A stretch of DNA of 64,000 nt from Polyangiales bacterium (GTDB lineage Bacteria; Myxococcota_A; Polyangia; Polyangiales; Ga0077539), in contig JBGARZ010000018.1 of assembly GCA_044229975.1 (NCBI GenBank), positions 64,001 through 128,000 of the forward strand. The letters are read 5' to 3'. The number at the start of each line of letters is the position of its first letter. The stretch's first letter is position 1. This document shows, piece after piece, positions 1-10,729 of this stretch. The translations under genes and the position numbers were made by a program. The notes below the pieces were generated by a model. That model did no database searches, was not told where the DNA came from, and saw only the letters and a list, made by a program, of their open reading frames with translations.

Positions 1-2
1 AC

Positions 3-2432
3 GGCGGGCCCTTCGTCCCCGTGACCGCCCTCGCGCCCCAGCGCGTCGAGCAGATCTACTTCGTCTCGGAGCGCTTCGGCGGCGCGATCACCGACGGCGG
101 CCTCGTCTACTGCACGCGGGACGGCGGCGCGCGCTGGTCGCTGCTCGCGAACGAGGGCCGTGGCGCGACGCATATGAACCTGCGGCCGGAGGGCATCGAG
201 GTGAACGCCGGAGACTGGCTGCGCCTCACGCCCGACTGCCGACTCGTCGACCGCGACGGCGAGGGTGACGCCCCGCCCGGCCCGCAGGAAGCGGGTTACC
301 TTCCCGACGAGCCCGAGAGCGAGCGATGGCTGCGGGAAGACGGCGCGTCACTCCCGTGGCTGCTCGCGAGCGCCGACTCGGCGTGGATCGACCTGCTCAA
401 CGGCCGCCCCCGCCCCGACGGCACCCTGCTCGCGAACACCCGCTCCGAGCTGCGCACGCTCGACGCCGCGACCGCGCGCGTGCTTCGGCGGGTGGGCGGC
501 TACTACGAACCGTGCCGTATCGCCGACGCCGGTCACCTCGCGCGCCTCGACTGCCAGGAGAGCGGCTCACACGGCGCGGTCACCGCGTCGACCTCCTTCG
601 TCGACCCCGGCGGCGCGCGATCGACGGTTCTCGACGCGGAGCATCTGCCCCCCGGCCTCGACCGCGCGGTGCCCTCCGATCGTGCCGGCGTCGCCGTCGC
701 CCCCGGCGCGTGTCCAACGACCGTCGAACCGTCGCCCGAGCCCGCGAGCTTCGACGCGCTCTGTCAGTTCTCGTCGTCCACCTCGCCCGGGGTCACGCGC
801 CCGCTCGCGCGACCTGGCACGAGGCTTCTTGGCGTCGCCGGATCGCGGGCGCTCCTCGCGCTGGGCGAACGTGCCCTCGGCGTCGTCGACCTCGCCGCGA
901 CGGGCGCCGCCCTCGCGGTCGAGCCCGTGTTCACGGTCGCCGACGACCAGACCCTCGCCGTGGGCGTCGGGGTCGGAGGCTTCGTCACCGCGCTGACCTA
1001 TCGCGCGCACGCGCTGTCGGGCGTCGCGGTGGGCACGCTGGGTCGGCCGCTCGCCGCGGTCGCGCTCCCGCCCGGCGTCGACCGCGCGGTGTTCGCCGAC
1101 GCGGCGCACGGCCTCGCCTGGTCGATCGCATACGACCGCGTCGTCCGCACGCGCGACGGCGGCCGCCACTGGGAGCCACTCGCGCTGTCCTTCGACGGGC
1201 CCACCCAACTTCAAGGCCCCGAGGACTCCGAGCCCCCTCTCGACCCCGACTCCATGCACTGCACGCTCGACCGTTGCCTCATCGGCGGGCGGATCGTGGT
1301 CGCAGGCTGGGGGCCGCCCGCCCCCGACGCCGGCCTCTGGCTGCAAGTCCGCCCTGCGAACGAAGCGCCCGAAGCTCCTCCCGAGCGATGGTTCACGCCC
1401 GAGCAGATGCCGACGATGCGGTGCGCTCCTGACGGCGCGGCCGCGGCGCTGCCCGCGCTCCCGCCGATCGCGGCGCCCCCGGGGCACCGGGCGCGGACGT
1501 CGATGGCGCGCGCGATCGAAGGCGGCATGCACGCGGTGCTCTGGTTCGACGAGCGACAGCGACTGCGCGCGCGCTTCGCGTGGCGAGGTCGCGACGCACG
1601 GGGAGGCTTCGCCGGAGCGAGCGCTGCGGCGGAGGTGCCGGGGCCGCTCGCCGCGGAGGCGGGCGCGCTCGGAGCGGTCGAGCTCCGCGCGCTGGCGGTG
1701 GGTCGCACCGGCGCGCGGGTGGAACTCCATTCAGCGGCGATGAACAGCAGCGTCCTGTTGCGGCTGCGAGCCGGCGGCGCCCCCGAGCGTGTCGGCAGTG
1801 GCTCCCCCGTCCTCGACCCGCACGTGGTGCTGCGCTCGCGCGGCGCGTCCTTCACGGCGCTGCTCCCGGCGGCCGCCGGAGACTCGGAAGGAGGCGCCCG
1901 CATCGTCGACCTGACCGAAGGCAACGGCCCGGTCGCGGCGCGCTGGTTGTCCTTCCCGCGCTGGAGCGAGCGCAGCCGGGCCGAGCAGGAGGCGCGCGAT
2001 CGCGAGCCGGGCCGACACTCGTGGCTCCCGATGGCGCTCGCGGAGCGCGGCGACGTGCGCGGGGCGGCGCTCCTCGTCCACGGCGCGCCCGCGCGCTTCG
2101 CGGTCTACCCCGTCGCCCCATCGCCCGACGCCGCCCCCGTGTTCGCCCCCTACAACGCCCGGGGCAACCTCCGCCCCTGCGCCGCGATGCCCGCCCCCGA
2201 CGCGTGGACGCTCTCCCTCGACGCGGGCGACGCGTCGTGGGTGTCGCCCTCGCTGCCCGACGCTCGCACCTTGGTCGTCGTCGAGGCAGGCGCGGAGGGC
2301 GTCTGCCTGCGCGCGGTCGAGCAGGTCGGACGCGACGCCGCGTGGTCCGTTGCCGCGTCCGACGGCGGCGTGATGCGCGGGACGAGGGTGTCCGCCGACA
2401 ATGCCCGCCCACTGCGCTGCGAGGTGCGATGA
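3..2432 (+). CDS. Family-A Asp-box/BNR-like beta-propeller protein, 5'-truncated by window edge
   Basis: Frame is open from nt 3 (GGPFVPV matches DGGVFVPV in paralog 14075-16981). Two Asp-boxes (CTRDGGARW, RTRDGGRHW), CTLDRCL..GWGP, and C-terminal GVCLR...RCEVR are shared with paralogs. Confidence 0.8.
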   Translation, partial: GGPFVPVTALAPQRVEQIYFVSERFGGAITDGGLVYCTRDGGARWSLLANEGRGATHMNLRPEGIEVNAGDWLRLTPDCRLVDRDGEGDAPPGPQEAGYLPDEPESERWLREDGASLPWLLASADSAWIDLLNGRPRPDGTLLANTRSELRTLDAATARVLRRVGGYYEPCRIADAGHLARLDCQESGSHGAVTASTSFVDPGGARSTVLDAEHLPPGLDRAVPSDRAGVAVAPGACPTTVEPSPEPASFDALCQFSSSTSPGVTRPLARPGTRLLGVAGSRALLALGERALGVVDLAATGAALAVEPVFTVADDQTLAVGVGVGGFVTALTYRAHALSGVAVGTLGRPLAAVALPPGVDRAVFADAAHGLAWSIAYDRVVRTRDGGRHWEPLALSFDGPTQLQGPEDSEPPLDPDSMHCTLDRCLIGGRIVVAGWGPPAPDAGLWLQVRPANEAPEAPPERWFTPEQMPTMRCAPDGAAAALPALPPIAAPPGHRARTSMARAIEGGMHAVLWFDERQRLRARFAWRGRDARGGFAGASAAAEVPGPLAAEAGALGAVELRALAVGRTGARVELHSAAMNSSVLLRLRAGGAPERVGSGSPVLDPHVVLRSRGASFTALLPAAAGDSEGGARIVDLTEGNGPVAARWLSFPRWSERSRAEQEARDREPGRHSWLPMALAERGDVRGAALLVHGAPARFAVYPVAPSPDAAPVFAPYNARGNLRPCAAMPAPDAWTLSLDAGDASWVSPSLPDARTLVVVEAGAEGVCLRAVEQVGRDAAWSVAASDGGVMRGTRVSADNARPLRCEVR

Positions 2433-5059
2433 GACGGTCTCTTTGGGGCGCGTTGTTGCTCTCGGCTTGCCTGCGCCCGACGACGCGCCCGGTGGCGCCG
2501 CAGCGATCGTCCGATACCGCGCCCGCTGCGGGGACGGCGCGGGTCTGGACACGCTCCGCCGCGGACTACAGCGCGTGGTGGATCGGCGACGAGGGCGCGA
2601 CGCGGCGGGTGTTGCTGGGCGGTCGTCGGCTCGAGAGCGAGGGCGGGGCGGTGCGCGCGGCCGCGGGCGGATTCGGCGCGCCCATCGTGGCGGTGTGGTC
2701 GGCGGACGGCCGCTGGGACTTCGCGGCGGTCAACGCGCGCTGGTCGTCACCGTCGTTCCTCGGGCCGCTGCGGCTGGTCGCGGAGGTGCCGTCCGGCGTG
2801 CTCGGGCGGGGCAATGGGCGTGTCGTGGTGATCCGCGACGGCACGGCGGAGGGCCTCGGACTGCCCGCGGGCTTCGTGCTCGACGCGGCCTTCGGCGACG
2901 ACTTCCGCGGCCTCGCCCTGCTCGAGCCCGGCCGGCTGTTGCACACCGAAGACGGCGGACAGCGGTGGTCGCCGCTCGCGCTCGACGACGCACCGCTGGA
3001 GGTCTTCGCGGCAGGCGAGCGCCGTTGGGTCCGCGGCGAGTCGGGCTGCCACGAGGTCGACGCGACCGGCGCGGCGCGGGCGTCCTCGTGCGATGCGCTG
3101 CCGTTGCTCCGCCCGCTGCCGCCGGAGACCTCGGTCGACGCGATGCGAGAGGCGTCCTCCGACCGCGACTGGCAGCCGTTGGCCTTTACCGACGCCTCGC
3201 AGCGACGGGTGTTGGTGCGCGTGCGCGAACACCGTGATGCGCAGCACCCCGCGCGTGGTGCCGTCTACGACCTCGATAGCGATGACCTCGTCGCGGGTAC
3301 CGACGGCGACCTTCCCTGCGAGCCGACGGACATCTTCGTGGCCGACCGCCCGTACCTGCGTTGCCGGGGCGAGGAGGCGTCCGCGGTCCTGTGGTCGCTG
3401 GACGCCGACGGGCGCTGGCGCGAGCGGCTGCGCACCTGGGACTGCGAGCGGGAGTCGAGCTGCGCCGCGAGCGCCGACGGCGCGCGGGTGACGTGCACCG
3501 GGCGCTGCGACGCGGGCGCGACGTGCGCGGGCGGCACCACGATCTGCGAGCGCGCGGGAGAGGGCGCGTCGCGCCAATGGACGGAGGGGTCGGCCGTGCG
3601 CACGTGGAGCGTCGCGGGCTACGAGGGCGACGCTCCGTTGCTCGTCGACCGACGGGAGTGGCTCGCCCACGCGGAGCTGCGGCGCGGCGCAGGCGGGCCC
3701 ACCCCGCTGGTCGCGAGCCCGTCGGCGGTGGGACTGCGGCGCGACGGTCGGGACCTTCGGCTCGGCCGCGACGGTCGCATCCGCTTCGGGGTGCAGGGCC
3801 CCGACGGCGCCGCGCCCGTAACCCTTGAGGGCGCGCCCGGCGGCGTCTTCAGGCCACGACCCGCGCCTCCGTGGGCCGCGCCGGACGCGACCCGCGCGGC
3901 CTTCTCGTTCTGCGGGTCCGACGGCGTCGCCATGGCCATCGCGCCCGACGGCGTGCCCTGGCGTTCGGACGGAGTCGACGGACCGTGGCGGCCATTGGGC
4001 CCGGCGGAAATACCCGCCCGCTCGACCGCCCGGCAGGTCGCATGTTCGTCGCTGGGCTGGTCGCCCAACGAGCGCGACCTCGTCGTCGGTTGGGGACCGG
4101 TCGCGCCGTCTCGTCACGGGGCCGTCGGCATCCCGGCGCCCGAGCGCCCGCGCGATGAGCCGACCCCGTGGCGATGCACGCCGCGCGGATCTGATCGACC
4201 GCGCTCGGGGCAACCGCCGCGGATGCAGTGGGTCGACCCGGCCTCGCAGCGCGACCTCATTCAGCGGGTCGGACCGATGGTGCACCTATGGAGCTTCGCG
4301 CGGTCGACCCCGTCGTCGCCCGCACCGCGCGTACTTCGTTACCGCGCGGGCCCGCCTGCGGGCGGTCCGAGCTCCGGCGTGCCCTGGAGCATGCTCGCGG
4401 CCGGCCCCGCACGCGCGACGGCGCTCGTGTGGGCGCCGGACGCCGAGGGCGAGCCGCCGCGCGCCCGGCTGTTGACGCTCACGCCGGGCGCCGCGCCCGT
4501 CACCTCTGCGCCGCTGCCCGGTTGGGTGTCCGCGTCGATGTACGGCAGCGCTCGCACGCTCGTCGCCCGCGAGGGCGAGTTCATCGCCGCGTTGTCCGTC
4601 AGCGCGGAGGGGTATCCAAGCGCCCCCTCTCGGGCGCGCGCCGCCGGCTTCCTCACGATCGCGCCCGGCGCCGCGCCGATGGCGCGCCGGGTGTCCCTCG
4701 ACGCGGGGCTGCGGCCGCCCGGGGTGTTCGTGCTCGACGGCCGCGCGGGTCTCTGGCGGGTGCGGGCCGACGGGAGCGTCGAGGGAGAAGCGCCGGGCGA
4801 GTCGACCCGGGTGCTGGCGCGCGCGGTCGCGCTGACGGCGTGCGGGCCTTCGGCGCGGGGGGCGTTCACCCTCGACGCGCTGGCGCCAACGCCAGACTCC
4901 ACGGTGACCTCACGCGCGGAAGAGGAGTACGCGCTCGATGGAGACACCCTCTGCCTGCGCATCTTGCGTTCGGCCAACGTGATCGCTGCGCCCACCGCCA
5001 CCGGCGTCACGGGCGTGCGCGACGAAACGATGACCGTGGATTGCGTGCGGCCGCCCTGA
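2429..5059 (+). CDS. Family-B Asp-box/BNR-like lipoprotein
   Basis: ATG overlaps the upstream stop (ATGA). Signal peptide with lipobox LLSAC; SPSFLGPL, HTEDGGQRW, ADRPYLRC, EYALDGDTLCLR. The ORF-track extension from 1580 is shadow sequence. Confidence 0.85.
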   Translation: MRRSLWGALLLSACLRPTTRPVAPQRSSDTAPAAGTARVWTRSAADYSAWWIGDEGATRRVLLGGRRLESEGGAVRAAAGGFGAPIVAVWSADGRWDFAAVNARWSSPSFLGPLRLVAEVPSGVLGRGNGRVVVIRDGTAEGLGLPAGFVLDAAFGDDFRGLALLEPGRLLHTEDGGQRWSPLALDDAPLEVFAAGERRWVRGESGCHEVDATGAARASSCDALPLLRPLPPETSVDAMREASSDRDWQPLAFTDASQRRVLVRVREHRDAQHPARGAVYDLDSDDLVAGTDGDLPCEPTDIFVADRPYLRCRGEEASAVLWSLDADGRWRERLRTWDCERESSCAASADGARVTCTGRCDAGATCAGGTTICERAGEGASRQWTEGSAVRTWSVAGYEGDAPLLVDRREWLAHAELRRGAGGPTPLVASPSAVGLRRDGRDLRLGRDGRIRFGVQGPDGAAPVTLEGAPGGVFRPRPAPPWAAPDATRAAFSFCGSDGVAMAIAPDGVPWRSDGVDGPWRPLGPAEIPARSTARQVACSSLGWSPNERDLVVGWGPVAPSRHGAVGIPAPERPRDEPTPWRCTPRGSDRPRSGQPPRMQWVDPASQRDLIQRVGPMVHLWSFARSTPSSPAPRVLRYRAGPPAGGPSSGVPWSMLAAGPARATALVWAPDAEGEPPRARLLTLTPGAAPVTSAPLPGWVSASMYGSARTLVAREGEFIAALSVSAEGYPSAPSRARAAGFLTIAPGAAPMARRVSLDAGLRPPGVFVLDGRAGLWRVRADGSVEGEAPGESTRVLARAVALTACGPSARGAFTLDALAPTPDSTVTSRAEEEYALDGDTLCLRILRSANVIAAPTATGVTGVRDETMTVDCVRPP

Positions 5060-5121
5060 GCCCCCCATCGCTCCTCGCGCTGGCTCGTGGATCCTTCGCA
5101 CCGCCACGTTGTCACAGCGCC

Positions 5122-7860
5122 ATGAGGTCCGCCCCCACCCTCGTTCTGCTCGCCTCGCTCGCCGCCTGCACCCCCCCTCCCCTGAACCGCCCCGACGCCT
5201 CCGCCGACGCCCCGTCGGCCCTGCGATCACGCAGTGGGGAATCCCCACATCTCCCCCGCACGGCCGCCATCGCGGCGGTGCAGAACCGCGGCATCTTCGC
5301 GTCCCTCGGGGCAGCCGGCGGCGAGTCCGAGTCGTCGGACTTCTCCCCACCCAACGGCCCCTTCGGTCGACACCGCTACGAGGGCTGCTCCGCCGAGGAG
5401 CGCGCGGCGCACGACTGCCTCCCTGGCGACCACCTCTCGCAGCGCCTGCTCGACCGCGACGCGCGCGCCATCCTCTCCGCCCGCCGTCGGGCGCCCGCCG
5501 CGCTGGGGCCCTCGTGGGACCGACGGTCCCTGACGCCGGGCATCCGCCGCGTTTCCGAGAAGATGGGCCTCGACCGGGGCGTGCTCGCCGCCCTCCGCCG
5601 CAACGGCTTTGCAGTGCTCGACCGCGAGAACTTCCACTCTCCCTACGAGGCCCTGCGCGAGATCTACCGCCGCGAGCTGCCGCTCTACGTGACGTCCGAC
5701 GCGATCCTGCACGCGGTGTTTCGCAGCCACGAGGCCATCGTCGAGACGCTCGAAGCGCCCCTCGCTGCGCGCCTTGCCAACGCACTCGCCAACGCCCAGG
5801 CCGCGCTCCCCGCCGCGAGCGCACGCTGGCCATCGGAGGTCGGTCGCGACGTCGACCTGTACCTCACCGTCGCGCGGTCGCTGCTCACCGGACAGGTCGT
5901 CACCGCAGCGTTCGCCGGCACCAATGTCGAAGCCGCGCGCCTCGTCGCCCTCGTCGTGAACGCCGCGGGCCTCGACACGCCAACGCTGTTCGGCCGCCGC
6001 CGCACCGTCGACTTCTCGGTCTTCGCACCCCGCGGCCCCTATGCCGAAAACGAGCAACGAAGGCGGTGGTTCCGCGGCGCGACGTGGCTCTCGCGCCTGG
6101 AGTTCAACCTCGTGTCGCGCGACTGCCAGAGCTCGCCGCCGGGCTTCGCCCTCCTCCCCGACGAGACCCCGCGCGAGGCCCTCGCCGCGCTCGCGCTCGC
6201 CGAACTCCTCGCCCGCGATGACGTCCGCGAGGTGGTCGCTCGTGCCGAGGGCTTCTGGTCGTCGCTCGCGGGCCGTCGTGAAGACGTTTCCCCCGCCGAC
6301 CTGACCCGCCTCCGCGCCGGGGCATGCATCGAGCGCCTCGACGAGCCCGACGCCTTCGCGCGCTTGTCACGGGCGATCGGGGAGGGTTTCCCCCGCACGG
6401 CGCGCACGCACCCGATGCCGGGCGGCGTTCGGCGCCAACCGGTGATCGCCACGGTGTTGGGGCCCCGGGTGGTGCCCGACGCGGCCATGACCTGGCACCT
6501 GGTACACGACGCCGTAGAAGACCGCTACGACCTCGGCGCGGCCGACGTGGCCTATGCCCTTGGGCATGAGCCCGCCGCGCGTTACCTGGCCGAGGATCTC
6601 ACCGACTTCCCCAATCTGCGCGCGGGCTTCGCGCAGGCGCGCGCCGTCGCCCTGGCGCCCGCGACCGGCGACGACCTCTATGGCGCGTGGTTCGAGGCGG
6701 TGCGCTCGCTCGCGCGGCGTCCCGCCGGGGTGCTGCCTTCGTTCATGGCGGGGCGCGCCTGGGACGACCTGCGCATGAACTCTCTCGTCGCGGGCTTCGG
6801 GCAGATCCGCCACGCCAACGCGCTCGTCGCCGCGGCCAGCTACGACGGCGCGGCGTGCGCCATCCCCGACGCCTATGTCGAGCCGACGCCCGATCTCTAC
6901 GACGCGCTGCTGGCCTACACGTCGCGCCTGCGGGCGGTCGTCGCCCGCCAGGGCGACTGGCTCTCCGCCGAAGACCGCGCAAGCCTCGCGCGCTACCTCG
7001 ACGAGTCCGAGCAGACGTTCCGGGTTCTACGCCGTGTGGTGGCGGACGAGCTCGCGGGACGCGCCCTCACCGCGACGCAGCGCCGCTTCGTCGGGTCGGT
7101 CGTCGAGGTGATGCCCTCCTCGATGGGCGCGCCCTACCACACGGGCTGGTACCTGGACCTGTTCCCTGGCGAGGAGCCCGCGATGAAGACCGGCGCCTTC
7201 GCGACGGACTGGTACGCCTCCGTCAACACCGGCCGCGTCGCCTACGTGGGCGTCCGCACCACGCGTCTCGGACTCTTCGTGGTCGATCGCGGTGGCCCCC
7301 CGCGCCTGATGGTGGGCCCCGTCGCGCGGGCCTTCGAGTACGGCGGAAGACTCACGCAGCGTCTCGACGACGAGGCCGTGCGCGCGTTGCCCGACGCGTC
7401 GTTGGCCGAGCCGTGGGCCGCCTCGTACACGGTGACGCCGTTCGCCCCGCCCCCGCTGCGCATCGACCGCGTCGCGGAGGAGGACGACGATCGGCCCGCC
7501 GCGCGTGACGTCGCCGGGCGTTTCACGGTACGCGCGCTGGCCCCGCAGGGAACGCTTCGGGTGGAGTACCTCGACGCGCACTGGCGTGTGGTCGCTCGCG
7601 GCGAGGCGGCAGTGGTCGCGGGGTCGGCGGCGGTGACGGTGCGCTGGTCCGCGACGGTGCTGCGGGCGCACTCTCGCTCGCGCGTCGACGCGGAGGGTCG
7701 CGGGGGACTCGACGGCGTGGTGTGCGGGACGAGGGTCCGACTGGGGGAGTGGACTGCGGTCGCCTCGTCGCGCTCGGAGGACGCCGGACACGCCTGCGAC
7801 ATCGAGGCGGTCGACGTCGAAATGGACACGCTCTCCGGCACGAACACCGACGCGGATTGA
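5122..7860 (+). CDS. DUF3160-like lipoprotein
   Basis: Lipobox LAAC. Motifs LPLYVTSDAILH, FAPRGPY, WFRGATWL, QIRHANAL and AYVEP resemble the DUF3160 family. Confidence 0.75.
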   Translation: MRSAPTLVLLASLAACTPPPLNRPDASADAPSALRSRSGESPHLPRTAAIAAVQNRGIFASLGAAGGESESSDFSPPNGPFGRHRYEGCSAEERAAHDCLPGDHLSQRLLDRDARAILSARRRAPAALGPSWDRRSLTPGIRRVSEKMGLDRGVLAALRRNGFAVLDRENFHSPYEALREIYRRELPLYVTSDAILHAVFRSHEAIVETLEAPLAARLANALANAQAALPAASARWPSEVGRDVDLYLTVARSLLTGQVVTAAFAGTNVEAARLVALVVNAAGLDTPTLFGRRRTVDFSVFAPRGPYAENEQRRRWFRGATWLSRLEFNLVSRDCQSSPPGFALLPDETPREALAALALAELLARDDVREVVARAEGFWSSLAGRREDVSPADLTRLRAGACIERLDEPDAFARLSRAIGEGFPRTARTHPMPGGVRRQPVIATVLGPRVVPDAAMTWHLVHDAVEDRYDLGAADVAYALGHEPAARYLAEDLTDFPNLRAGFAQARAVALAPATGDDLYGAWFEAVRSLARRPAGVLPSFMAGRAWDDLRMNSLVAGFGQIRHANALVAAASYDGAACAIPDAYVEPTPDLYDALLAYTSRLRAVVARQGDWLSAEDRASLARYLDESEQTFRVLRRVVADELAGRALTATQRRFVGSVVEVMPSSMGAPYHTGWYLDLFPGEEPAMKTGAFATDWYASVNTGRVAYVGVRTTRLGLFVVDRGGPPRLMVGPVARAFEYGGRLTQRLDDEAVRALPDASLAEPWAASYTVTPFAPPPLRIDRVAEEDDDRPAARDVAGRFTVRALAPQGTLRVEYLDAHWRVVARGEAAVVAGSAAVTVRWSATVLRAHSRSRVDAEGRGGLDGVVCGTRVRLGEWTAVASSRSEDAGHACDIEAVDVEMDTLSGTNTDAD

Positions 7861-7939
7861 TCGACAAACGGATTACTCCATCGAAGCGGCGCGACGTTCG
7901 AGAAGGATCCGACCTGATACGATCGGCCGCGCGGACCCG

Positions 7940-9700
7940 ATGACACCCGAAAACCATCACCGCGAGGTCGGCAACGGACCTTATCGGAGCGTCACCGTCC
8001 AGTCGCCGCGAGCGGCGAGGCGCGTCGGTCGCGTCGTCGCGGTTGGGCTCGCGCTCGCGGCGGTGACGGCTGCGGCAGTGATCGGGTGGCGTTTCGACCG
8101 CGCGCGGCGCACGCGAGAGGCGCAGCGGGTCGCCATGGCGCGCGCGGTCGCGGAGCTCGTCGCGCTGTCTCACGCCGGGACGATGGCGGGCGGCCCGCAG
8201 ATCACGATCGTCGAGGGCGAAGGGGACCGCGCCATGGTGGTGCGCCTCCCGGGCGTGCTGGTGCGCCGGGGCACCGACGTGGTGCGGCGGGCGGAGGTGC
8301 TGCGAGCCCCCGGCGTGATCGCGCTGATGCCCGACGGGGCGTGGGCTGTCCGCCGCGACGGCAACGTCATCATGGTCGGCGACTGGATGGCCGACGGGTG
8401 CGCCCATGGGCACTGCGCCCCGCAGCGCGTGGCTGGACACGGAAGGGTGTTGCAGGTGGGCCGCTTCTTCCATGCCCGCCTGGAGGACGGCACGGTGGGA
8501 TCGATCGATGGTCGGTCGTACCTGCGAGGCGGAGCGGACCAGTCTCGGCGCGTCGTCGACCTTGGCGTGTCGGGTGGCACGCTGCTGGATGACGGCGACG
8601 TCGAGTTCGACTTCCCCCACAGCTGCGGGACCGGTCACGTGTCGCCCGATCTGAGGTCGTCGGCCCTGCGCGTTCCGCGCCCCGTCCAGCTCGTGAAGAC
8701 CCGCGTCCGTGAGTTCGGCGGCCTTGTCTGCGCACGCGGCGAGCGCGGCGACTTCGCGTGCGGGACGCCCCACCGCGAACGTCCCGGCGATCCATCGCAG
8801 CTCCGCCCCGTGCGCATCGACGGAGCACCGCGCGCCCGCCAGGTCGCGCTGAGCAACGCCGACCTCTGCCTCCTGGGCCTCGACGGAACCCTCTCCTGCG
8901 TCGTCGGGCCGGCCGACGACCTCGCCTTCGACAACATCGACGTCCTCGGGCATCGGATGCGCCGCGTGCTCGAAGGCGTGACGGAGGTCGCTCTCTCGGA
9001 CGACGTGGGCTGCGCGCGCCGGTCGGGTGAGGTCGTGTGCTGGGGGCAGCCGCTGCGGGACGGCGGGGTTGTGCGGCGCGACGCAGCGGTCGAGATCGCG
9101 GGGCTCGACGCGGTCGAGCGTCTGGTGACCTTCGGTGACTACGTCTGCGCTGTGCAGCGCGGGGCCGTACTCTGTTGGGGCGCTTTCGCGCCGAACAGCC
9201 CTCCGCACCCGCGCCCTGCGACCGTCGCCCTCGCCGGCCGCGCCGTCGAGCTCACGGTGAGCAGTCATCGTGGAGCCCTATGCGCAACCCTCGCGGAGGG
9301 GGCGGCCCGCTGCTGGGAGGGCGACCCGTTCACCGCGTCGTCCCGCGACGCGACGCCCGACGACATCCTGGTGATTCACGATGCGACGACGACATCGTCG
9401 CTGCGCCTGTTTCGGTGCGACGTGGCGCCGGGCGGTACCGTCACCTGCTATTGGGACGCCTCGCAGTACGGGGCGGGCCGCGACTCCGTGCTCGTGGGCT
9501 ACGACGAGCCGCCGGTGGTTCCAGGCGTCAGCGACGCGGTCGAGGTCGCGGTGACCTACCAGGGCCTCGCGTGCGCCCGCCGTGCGTCGGGCCGCGTTTC
9601 CTGCTGGGGGATCAACGTGGGCGGTGTGCTGACGTCGGGGGAAGGCGACTCGCCACGGCTGTTCACGCTGCGCGAGCTCCTGGCGCGGTCCGGGGGATGA
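7940..9700 (+). CDS. Membrane-anchored RCC1/BLIP-II-like repeat protein
   Basis: N-terminal TM helix. Repeated CA.R.SG.V.CWG units (CARRSGEVVCWG, CAVQRGAVLCWG, CARRASGRVSCWG). Confidence 0.75.
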   Translation: MTPENHHREVGNGPYRSVTVQSPRAARRVGRVVAVGLALAAVTAAAVIGWRFDRARRTREAQRVAMARAVAELVALSHAGTMAGGPQITIVEGEGDRAMVVRLPGVLVRRGTDVVRRAEVLRAPGVIALMPDGAWAVRRDGNVIMVGDWMADGCAHGHCAPQRVAGHGRVLQVGRFFHARLEDGTVGSIDGRSYLRGGADQSRRVVDLGVSGGTLLDDGDVEFDFPHSCGTGHVSPDLRSSALRVPRPVQLVKTRVREFGGLVCARGERGDFACGTPHRERPGDPSQLRPVRIDGAPRARQVALSNADLCLLGLDGTLSCVVGPADDLAFDNIDVLGHRMRRVLEGVTEVALSDDVGCARRSGEVVCWGQPLRDGGVVRRDAAVEIAGLDAVERLVTFGDYVCAVQRGAVLCWGAFAPNSPPHPRPATVALAGRAVELTVSSHRGALCATLAEGAARCWEGDPFTASSRDATPDDILVIHDATTTSSLRLFRCDVAPGGTVTCYWDASQYGAGRDSVLVGYDEPPVVPGVSDAVEVAVTYQGLACARRASGRVSCWGINVGGVLTSGEGDSPRLFTLRELLARSGG

Positions 9701-9938
9701 GCGATCCGGTCGCATGACCCTGTTTGCGATGCGATCCATCGACACGTGCTCGGCTCACTATGGTTCGTGTGGTGAACGAACCCATCGGGCCAGCTGAGCC
9801 TCCCGCCGAAGTAGGGATGTTCGACTCGTGGGCCTTGGGGGTGACGACGGAACTGGTCGACGCCTTGACTCTCAACCCGCAAGCGCCCTGTCTGCCCCCG
9901 TGCGAGCGACGGGCGGGCTATCGGCGGGCGTCGGCCCG

Positions 9939-10289
9939 TCACTCGGGTCGGGCGCACCGCGAGGGGTCGCAGCCGCCCTCACTCCACCACGCCGGTCTCG
10001 TCGCCGAGTGGTCTCTCCAATAGCCAACCGCGCAGTCAAAGAATGGCATTCCGTACGCATTCAGAGCGGGTCGGGCGGGCGAATCGCCAACCCCGAGGCC
10101 GTGGGCAATCGAGCCCGATCCACGCCCGACTTGACCCTCCCTCAACCATCTCGCAGCCCTCGCGCCAAACACCGCGAGCCGCTCATGCCGGTAGCGCCCT
10201 CCGTCATCGGGCGCCATCGGCAACCAGTGGGTGCCTACGGTTGCCATGAGGCCCAACGCAGCGGCGAAGACGCGAGCGCGGTTCACCAT
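9939..10289 (-). CDS. Possible small secreted hypothetical protein
   Basis: Hydrophobic N-terminus and a protein-like C-terminus (NAYGMPFFDCAVGYW). No recognised family. Confidence 0.3.
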   Translation of the reverse strand: MVNRARVFAAALGLMATVGTHWLPMAPDDGGRYRHERLAVFGARAARWLREGQVGRGSGSIAHGLGVGDSPARPALNAYGMPFFDCAVGYWRDHSATRPAWWSEGGCDPSRCARPE

Positions 10290-10393
10290 TGGGCGAGGCT
10301 ACCAGAGCGCCCGCACGGGGCGCGAGCGGGCCGCCGCGTGGTAATCGTCGCTCCGCGGGTCGGCAATGGGTCGCCCCCCAATGGAGGCGATCA

Positions 10394-10705
10394 ATGCAAC
10401 GGATCAAGATGGCGGGCGGGATGCTGGTGGGCGCGGTGGTGCTGCACGTCGGGTTCATGGCGTGCTCGGCGCAGAGCCCCACAGGGATGATCGGCAACCT
10501 GCTCGACGCGGGCTCACGCGACACGGGCATCCTCGGCGGGCGAGACGCGCGGGCGCAGGAGATGCCCTGCACGCAGTGGGAGGTGAAGATCAACGCCATG
10601 GTCGCGACGGCGACGCCCACCCCGGTCGAGGCCGGATGGGAGCCCTTCGCGGTTGTCGTCACGAGCGACCGACAGGTCATCCTCCGTCGCTGCACCTCGC
10701 GCTGA
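10394..10705 (+). CDS. Small lipoprotein, hypothetical
   Basis: GGAGG RBS before ATG 10394. Signal peptide ends FMAC. Confidence 0.65.
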   Translation: MQRIKMAGGMLVGAVVLHVGFMACSAQSPTGMIGNLLDAGSRDTGILGGRDARAQEMPCTQWEVKINAMVATATPTPVEAGWEPFAVVVTSDRQVILRRCTSR

Positions 10706-10729
10706 CGCCCGCGCGGTGTACCGTCGGAC

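Noticed and set aside
1580..5121. N-terminal extensions of ORFs 1580-5059 and 4228-7860
   Set aside because: Arg-rich out-of-frame overlap with upstream genes. The true starts at 2429 and 5122 give signal peptides.
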